Shown: piece by piece, positions 55,508-64,000 of the stretch
How the letters are laid out: every line of letters begins with the position of its first letter
Numbering within the stretch: the first letter of the stretch is position 1
NCBI GenBank assembly: GCA_964016885.1
Contig: OZ024741.1
Coordinates: 116,870,001 to 116,934,000, forward strand
Origin: Eledone cirrhosa
Lineage: Eukaryota
Reading direction: 5' to 3'
Length of the DNA stretch: 64,000 nt
Notes under the pieces: model-generated
Told to the model about the DNA's origin: nothing
Seen by the model: the letters and a program-made list of their open reading frames with translations, nothing else
The model's database searches: none
Made by a program: the position numbers and the translations under genes

Positions 55508-58387
55508 TAATTATCTACATAGAAAATAAGATAATATTGGGACGTGAATATTTAAGGACAGAGCGAGAAAGGTCGTGATTCAACCTGCTGAAAGTAGTTG
55601 ATATCTGACGATGATGATCAATAAGAAAAGATACGGATAAAACCCACCCTCAGAACGTATGAGGGGATGGACATATAAATAGGGTGGATGGCTTCAATTT
55701 TGTCTTCAGCTAGTGACTCATAGCGTATACGACGTTTGTTTGGTGGTTATGACAATTTCTAAAGTGAACTAGGACACGTGACCAACGTGACATTTTACAT
55801 GGCTGACGTCAGCCCCTTGTTAATAGCCATTTCAGAAATAGAGACGCTGTGTACTAAGTGAAACGCACTCGAGGTGATGACAGGAGAAATACTTAAACAG
55901 GACTATGGAGTATACAACTTACCACCTGGCGAAGTATACTATATCAATCGGTATTTCTATATAGACTTAAGGTTCACATAAGCTCCTATGGTTTTGTTTG
56001 GGACTAAATTTCAGTGGGAACTAGAATTTGGGACTAAATTACAGAAAAAGTAGACAATTTCAGAAAAAAGATGATCGGAAAGGAGATTCTTTAAAATGGA
56101 GGTGGAAAATAACAATATTATTTTACTTGCGTATTGCAGCTTGATAAATCAGACTTGTTAGACCTTAATGAGTCGGTCATAATTAGTTCTGCCATTGGTT
56201 TTGTAATTCATCATTCTTTTTATATTTTGTCTATGGTATTTTCAAAATTCCGAGTAAATGCTCCGTAGTGTTCGTTACGGTTATCTATGCTTATATTTCA
56301 AATCTCGCCGATGCCATCTTTGCCTGTCATTCTTTTGAGGTCGATAAATAAAGTAAAAATTCCGGGGGTGAGGTGAATGGGGGGAATTTTTAGAGCATTA
56401 GACGTGATATTTTGTGGTATCACTTTTAGCCTTTTTGTAATTACCTATGCACTTACTATTGCCAAGTTCTACCGGCCTTTGCTTTTTCCGCGGATAACAT
56501 TGCCGGTCTTCCATAAACAACATTACCCTTACCTACTCATTGACGGCGAGGAACCTTCCAAGTGAGAAAAAAGAGGTGTGTACCAGATGGAAATTGGTCA
56601 ACAGAGACATAGAAATACAGCTCTTCCGAGAAAAATTATGCCTATCATTTCAGTATTTCAGAGTGCCTAACCACGAAAGAATTCGAGAATTATTTTTCGT
56701 TAAAATTGATAAACTAAAGTTCGATAAAGCGAGCTAACTAGAATTAATTCATTCCTTAGTGAGATAAGCTGTGAAATCATTAAAGCATCGGAGTAAATTA
56801 CTTGGAGTATTTGTTCCATCACTCTCCGTTCTGAGTTCAAATCTCACTGCGGTCAGCTTTGCTTTTAATACTTTATTCTTTCAGGATCAATGAATATAAT
56901 ACCGGTTGAAGGTTGTGGATTGGCAGAATTACTAGAGCTTTAAATGGGATATCTTGCAGCATCCATTTTGGCTCTGTGTGTTCTGAGTTCAAATCCCACC
57001 TATCACCGGATAAAATGGTGATATGACATGAGTGGGGGTTTCTATAATTAAAATTCCCACGGACCTCCTTTATGAAGCATCACCAATGAAAGGTTGGCTA
57101 AATTTACGCAAGTTTGAGCCGTAATAACAACATTCCAATCCAATCCAGGTTCTTCTCACTCCTATTGGAGGAAGCCCTCCGTGGTTGATCTCCACTGCTT
57201 TCTGTTTGGTTTTGGTCATGTCAGGTGTAGCGGTACACAACACGCTTTGCCAGCTGCGGGTTGGTGAGGCTGGATGGCCGTTGACTCTGAGGAACTTTTC
57301 CGCCATTTTAACTGCTCTTTAACCCTTTAAAATGTTTCCAGTTTCTCGTAAAAAAAGTGAATCACTGTAGAGAGAATTGTTGAACTCGTATTCCTTAACT
57401 GACATCATATTTTTGGCTAAGATTCTTAATGTTCAATGTTGCAATCCAAACAGCTTTAAATATAAAGGGCGGTGTTGGGAAACTAATTCATGGTTCCCAA
57501 TGGACTATAAATAAGACAACAGGAAAACCCCTTTAGGTATTTATAGATGAAAGCAGAGTCTTTAGTGGGTTCCCAGCAACGGAATGGCTTACGAAATGTT
57601 CCTTATTGATAAAATCAGAAACCAGTTTAATTTTATGAATGCAAATACAAAGAAGGAAGAGAAGGAGAGGTAAACGAGTGAGAAGGGGAGAGGAAAACAA
57701 GCTACGAAAGAGAAAAAAATGAACATTTTTATAAATAGTATATAAAAGCTGGAAAAAAGCAAAGAGTAAACAGCAAACAGTGACCTTAAGATGTTTGTTA
57801 ACCACAGTTACAGGATTATAGCAAAGTACTTGTTTACCTTAACATGGGCCATAAAGCATAAACCCATTAGCTCGTTGAAAAAAAAAACAAAAAAAAAAAA
57901 CAACCTTTCAAAAACTAAACCACAGATACATCCTACCCACCCACACACAGAAAATGAATACAGGAATATCAACAAAAACAATAAACAAACAAATCAGAAA
58001 AAAAGGAAATATGACAGAGTATTGACACGTTTATGTTACATATTTTGTCCTTTTTATCACGTTTCAGACCAAGATGAACTGACTGCGTGCAGTATTACGA
58101 CTAAAGCACCTGTGATTGACCGAGTTCAAGTTACTTGCAATGAAATGATATCACCGCTATTGCTATTGTTTTACTTGAGAAACAATACAACTACGTTAAT
58201 TGTTCATACAGGGCTGATTTGGGTTTTCATATTCATTATATGGGTAGACTTATATTGAGAAATGTAATTCGTAATACTTTGAATACTTTTAAAAGCATTA
58301 TTGAAAAACAATTATTGAAGTGATAATTTATATATTACATTAATTTATATATGCAATGTACTTTGTGTGTATGCGTGAGTATATATA

Positions 58388-58583
58388 TAGGAACGAGTAG
58401 GACCCCGACGGCTGAGCTCAAGCTGTTTCGACGGCTAATTCTGGACTAAGAATTAGCCGTCGAAACGGCTTGAGCTCAGCCGTCGGGGTCATACTTGTTC
58501 CTATTACCCACTCTACTACCCTAAGTATTGAGTACTTTGGTGCGTTATGGTCCATCTGGTTCCTTACCACATTTCCTTCGTTA
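58388..58583 (+). mobile_element. Family A fold-back element
   Basis: Inverted arms 58388-58504 around CTGGACTAA, plus the family tail; (TA)n on both sides. Confidence 0.75.
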
Positions 58584-58661
58584 TATATATATATATATAT
58601 TAGAAAGTGAGTTGTTTTTTACAAAATGAAAAATAACCGAGGTGTCCTACACGAGTGAAAG

Positions 58662-58907
58662 TATAAAGAAAAAGAGATGAAATCGAAAATGCAACTGGAG
58701 TCTTATTTTTTTAAAAAATATATATATTTATTTGGTTCCTTTACCGGTTTCGCAGTTCTTCTGCTTTTCAAAAGGTGAGTTGAGATGGAGGGTCTGTGGT
58801 TTTTCTCACATCTGTGAGAACTGCGAAACCGGTAAAGGAACCAAATAAATATATATATTTAAAAAAAAAATAAGACTCCAGTTGCATTTTCGATTTCATC
58901 TCTTTTT

Positions 58908-58914
<7 letters not shown>
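58662..58914. repeat. Inverted repeat (~95-bp arms) with hammerhead remnants at its inner ends
   Basis: 58662-58758 is the reverse complement of 58817-58914; both arms carry CTGC-GAAA-CCGG-TA-AAGG. Confidence 0.8.
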
Positions 58915-58949
<35 letters not shown>

Positions 58950-59314
58950 ATAATAATAAATTTGAAGACTAAATAAATATATATATATATTTATTTAGTC
59001 TTCAAATTTATTATTATTATATATATATACTCACGCATACTTATATATATATATAAGTATGATTATATACTAAAATTACACACACATATATATACATTTA
59101 CATTTACACTCAAACACTCATATTGATCTAAACTCTTATTATATATATATATACACACACACATACAAATAAAAGGCAAAGTTAGATACTCATATTAATA
59201 CCCTGTAATTAATAAGCTCAAAGTATAAATACTGAGCATTGTATAATGTATGTAGAAATAAACACAGCCCTTGTAATTTTAAACACACAATTTACTGTGT
59301 TTATTTCTACATAA

Positions 59315-59352
<38 letters not shown>

Positions 59353-59397
59353 TGTATATATATCTCTCTATATATATATATATGCATATATATATAC

Positions 59398-59440
<43 letters not shown>

Positions 59441-59592
59441 TAAGTTAATTTTATAATTTTCTTATTTTACGTCTCTCATATTATTGTTCAGCATCCCCAT
59501 GCATTGAACCACAAAGTTACTAAGACAAAACCTATATATTTGCTAGCATAAGTATGCATCTGTGTATATATATGTTACTAGATATATTAATT

Positions 59593-59640
<48 letters not shown>

Positions 59641-59827
59641 AACATATGAAACAATTACAGGGAATAATTGGTAAAAGTGTGTAAGCACACATAGCTAGGT
59701 AGGTAACTAATTAAAGTTGAACTAGAACTTTGAACATAATTACCTTTTAAATTGATTGGAATCTTGGAGTATATTTTACAGTGGATATGGCGCACGTCTC
59801 TCTGACATGACACCCTTAATTTAATTT

Positions 59828-59896
<69 letters not shown>

Positions 59897-59992
59897 ATTT
59901 ATTTATATAGTAATAATAATAAAATTGAAGACTAAAATCCAAAGAGGGCTCGATAAGGAAAATATATATCAAATATATAAGAACCGTAGAGC

Positions 59993-60140
59993 AAATATTT
60001 ATTAAAATAACAGATTAAAGTTTAAGCAAAGAATCGCAGCTTTCACCCTTCACGGGATCCTCTGAAACTAAAGGATCCCGTGAAGGGTGAAAGCAGCGAT
60101 TCTTTGCTTAAACTTTAATCTGTTATTTTAATAAATATTT
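59993..60140. repeat. Fold-back palindrome (~69-bp arms)
   Basis: AAATATTTATTAAAATAACAG...GGATCCT ctgaaactaa AGGATCC...CTGTTATTTTAATAAATATTT. Confidence 0.85.
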
Positions 60141-60259
60141 ATATATATATATATTTATATATATTATATATATATATTATATATATATATATTTATATAT
60201 ATTATATATTATATATATATGCTTATATGTATATATGCATATATATATATGCTTATATA

Positions 60260-60310
<51 letters not shown>

Positions 60311-60860
60311 CAATCAATTTCTAGTTGATATAAAATGATCGGATCTATTAATTGGAATATTTGGAGCATATTCTAGAGTGGATATGGCGCATGTCTCTCT
60401 GACATGACACCCCTAATTTAATTTTAGATATATATATGGCCCCTTAATTGTAGAACTAAATCAGTTGTAAGGACTCGGCTGCTATTTCTAGTTGTCGATA
60501 ACCCTATTCACGCCACTGGGATCAAACTGATACGATGTGTGTATTTTTGAAAGATGCAACAGCGTGCTGCAAGTCATTCGCAGATTTGCTGTGTAAACAT
60601 AGTTAAATCTTCTCCCTTGTTGAAAATCCGAATTTTGGCTACTGTGATTTACCGATCGATTGAAGGTGAAATATATTTCTTTAATGAAATATATACAAGG
60701 AAGATTAATCAATTTAAAAGGTAACTATGTTTAAAGTTCTAGTTCAACTTTAATTAGTTACCTACCTAGCTATGTGTACTTACACACTTTTACAAATTAT
60801 TCCCTGTGATTGTTTCATATGTTTATTTTAGATATATATATATGTCAATCAATTTCTAGT

Positions 60861-60899
<39 letters not shown>

Positions 60900-61043
60900 T
60901 AATATATATATATGTGGCTATGTGACTAAGGAGTTCATTTCGTAACCATGTGTTTGTCGCTTTAGTTTGTTCTGGGGTCGATATGGTTGACCAAATCCAT
61001 TGAAGGTAGTGCCCCAGGAGTATGTATGCATGTACGCATACGT

Positions 61044-62130
61044 GAGGATGAGGACATCCTCTTTGGGGGTCACCTGAACCTGGCGGAGAATGGACCGCAC
61101 GTCCAAGACGGAGGCTGCAGCATGCAGCATCGAGGCTGACGTTCACCACCTCCGACTTGGCCGAGTTGACCTGGAGGCCGATTCCCGCCAGGGCAGGAAT
61201 CACCGATTGAAGGTCTTGGCAGACCGTCCGTACGGGCTCGCCCAACGTAGCATCATCCAGATACCAAACGTTGAGAGGGGCCGTGATACTCCGGGCGATG
61301 TGGTCAATACCAAGGGCGAACAGGAGGGGTCCCAAAGGGTCGCCCTGTTGGACCCCAGTAGCCGAGGGTATGACCGTATCAGCAGCTAGGAGCATGCTCG
61401 GGGCTCCATATGACAGGTAGGCCAGCGGGTAGGCAGAGGGGGCTCGGCTGAGGCAGGCCTCGATCAGGTGATCTCGGCGTAAAGAGTTAAAGGCATTCCT
61501 CATGTCAAGCTTGATAATGAGGTACCTGGAGTCCCTGGATGCCGGTACCGATGGGCAGCTGCTGAAGAACTGCCTGATTGCATGAGCGGCTCCCTCACAG
61601 CCACCGGACACGCCGACACCCAGTTGCACCGGACTAAACTCCTCACCCAGTTCGTGTGTGACGGACTTGCAGATCACCTTGGAAGCCAGCCTCCGGAAGA
61701 CATTGCCCACAGCAATGGGGCGTATGCCACCCTCTTTCTTCCTGAGAGCGGTGAGGCTGACCGAAAAAAAAAGGCCTCGGGCGTAAGGGTCGAGGGCACC
61801 ATGAATGAGCCTATTGGTGAGCACCACAATTGCACTCAGAAGGCGGCGCCCGGCCTCAGCGGAGAGGGGGGATGTCAACTCCTTGAGGTGGCGTGGTCGG
61901 GACCATCAACACCTCCGCAGTTGCTAGCTGGGAAGGACCTGATGGCGGACATGATATCTGCATCAGTAGCCACAAGGAGCAGGTGGGGGTCGGGTGGGAG
62001 TATGGGTCTGAGATCAGTGGGTGGCTCAGGGTGTTTGAGCCGCAGAGCAGCCAGGACCTCCTCGGTGGAGGACAGTGTCCTCTGAGGCAACAACTCTGAC
62101 TGCGGCCGAGACAGTCTTTGCGTTTACCTG
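61044..62130 (-). mobile_element. CRE-clade non-LTR retrotransposon RT region (inverted 5' segment)
   Basis: LTALRKKEGGIRPIAVGNVFRRLASK, QLGVGVSGGCE, KLDMRNAFNS, GVQQGDPLGPLLF, WYLDD; GC-rich island. Confidence 0.85.
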
Positions 62131-62510
62131 GTCACACCCGCCGGCCATCCGCCTCACCATCAGGTCCAGGCTTCAACAGCTCCAGACTCTCACGAGCCGA
62201 CTGGGCTTGATTGACGGCCACCCAGCTCTCTTTCTGCTGAGGAACTGCTTCGCCATGCCGAACCTCCTCTATACACTCCGCAGCGCTCCATGCTACACCC
62301 AGGCATCTCTCCTTCCTGACCTCGATACTTGTATCCGAGCAGCAGCCGAGGGGATATGCAACGTCAAGTTTGACGACATAGGGTGGCAACAGGCCACTTT
62401 ACCGGTCAGGTATGGCGGCCTTGGCCTCCGGTCCTCGATCTCACTAGCTTTGCCGGCGTATCTTTCGTCGGTAACCTCGTGCCGCGTCCTCGTCAGCAGG
62501 AGCAGGGTTC
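62131..62510 (+). mobile_element. CRE-clade post-RT segment in sense orientation
   Basis: HPALFLLRNCFAMPNLLYTLR and [14 protein letters not shown], which follow the RT core in CRE-like ORFs. Confidence 0.8.
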
Positions 62511-62548
62511 TTCAAAACACAACAGAACCCTAGATATATACATATATA

Positions 62549-62625
<77 letters not shown>

Positions 62626-62680
62626 GCATATATATATATAAATAAATATACACGGGTGTGTATGATTGTGTATAGAAGAT

Positions 62681-62942
62681 TATATTAATAAAAGGAATTC
62701 CAACTTTGTCTGATTTACTCGTTTTATTTACAATCCTTTAAAATGTATAATGGTATTAGAATGAAATAGTATGATAGAATATTAAATGTTAAGTGTTAAT
62801 TGAACAAATTCGATTTTGTTCAATTAACACTTAACATTTAATATTCTACCATACTATTTCATTCTAATACCATTATACATTTTAAAGGATTGTAAATAAA
62901 ACGAGTAAATCAGACAAAGTTGGAATTCCTTTTATTAATATA
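62681..62942. repeat. 262-bp near-perfect palindrome without spacer
   Basis: Arms are reverse complements about TC|GA at 62811/62812, with two mismatches seen. Confidence 0.9.
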
Positions 62943-63152
62943 TAAATGCATATATATATATATATATATATACATATATACATATATATATACATATAGA
63001 ATACGGCGGCGATTGAAAATTCTGAAAATAGAATTAGCTTTCACAGTCTATTGATGACAAAAAAATAGTCTAATAATAGGGTATATGAATCTCCCATAAC
63101 GGAAGATTATAATTCTATTTTCTCTCTCTCTCTCTCTCTATATATTTATATT

Positions 63153-63203
<51 letters not shown>

Positions 63204-63215
63204 TTCTAAAATAGA

Positions 63216-63268
<53 letters not shown>

Positions 63269-63430
63269 AATAATCTATTTTAGAAACGCACACGCACACA
63301 CACACACACACACACTCACACACACATATTTATATATGTATATATGTATATATATATATTGTCTAACCCATGTCCTCTGGGAAGTGGATGTAAAGCGATG
63401 ATGATGATGATGATGACGATGATGATGGTA

Positions 63431-63471
<41 letters not shown>

Positions 63472-64000
63472 AAATATGGATGAGGATATAGAACATGGAT
63501 AAACAACGATACACATGTTTATAATGAGTGTTAAAATGTCTGAGCTATAGCAATAATATGAACCATAGCAAGCAGTACAAGTACCGTATTAAAAGATTAG
63601 CGAAAAACATCGCCTGAACAATACTATAAACAGAATGAACAACATTACTGGCAGCAGTCATGATAGAGTCAGCCATTGTTATAGGCTACCGGCTAATAAC
63701 GCAAGCCGAATGTGGCCATTAGTCTTCGCGAGCTATTTAATGATTATTTATGGTATTGTAGTTGTTGTTGTTCTTGTAGTGGTGGTTATGGCTCTTGTGG
63801 TTGATGTGGTTGTTGTGCTTCTTGCTGTGGTTGTTTTGGCTGTTCTGTTTATTATTGTTGTTGATGTTGGCTTTGTTGTTCTAGTTGTTAGGCTTGTTGA
63901 TGTTATTGCCGTTGCTGTTAAAATGTTGTTATGGCTGTTATTGTTGTGGTTGTTGGGGTTATTATTGTTGTTGGTGTTATTACTGATGTTATTACTGATG

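Noticed and set aside
57070-57306. 78-aa minus-strand ORF with a good start context
   Set aside because: No recognisable domain or splice support.

Overview
AT-rich eukaryotic intergenic or intronic DNA, very probably from an octopus. This assignment is inferred from the extreme (TA)n/(TATG)n/(CA)n load and SINEs resembling the described octopus tRNA-SINE types. No host protein-coding gene can be supported, and almost all listed ORFs are microsatellite artefacts. The window is a mosaic of retroelement fragments: Tx1 3' ends, two R4/Dong-like RLE families sitting in (TACA)n, RTE LINE remnants with bipartite RTE-derived short elements, a CR1-like endonuclease region, a CRE-clade RT with an internal inversion, many tRNA-SINEs, a mariner-type MITE and Helitron pieces. 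The most notable unannotated layer is a set of unrelated short elements embedded in (TA)n. They carry minimal type-I hammerhead ribozyme folds: nine have intact CUGANGA/GAAA cores (some with imperfect stem II) and several more are decayed. These resemble Penelope-like pLTR or retrozyme motifs. They repeatedly occur as fold-back palindromes whose axes lie in or next to the ribozyme, once exactly at the predicted cleavage site. All ribozyme calls are hand-folded and untested.
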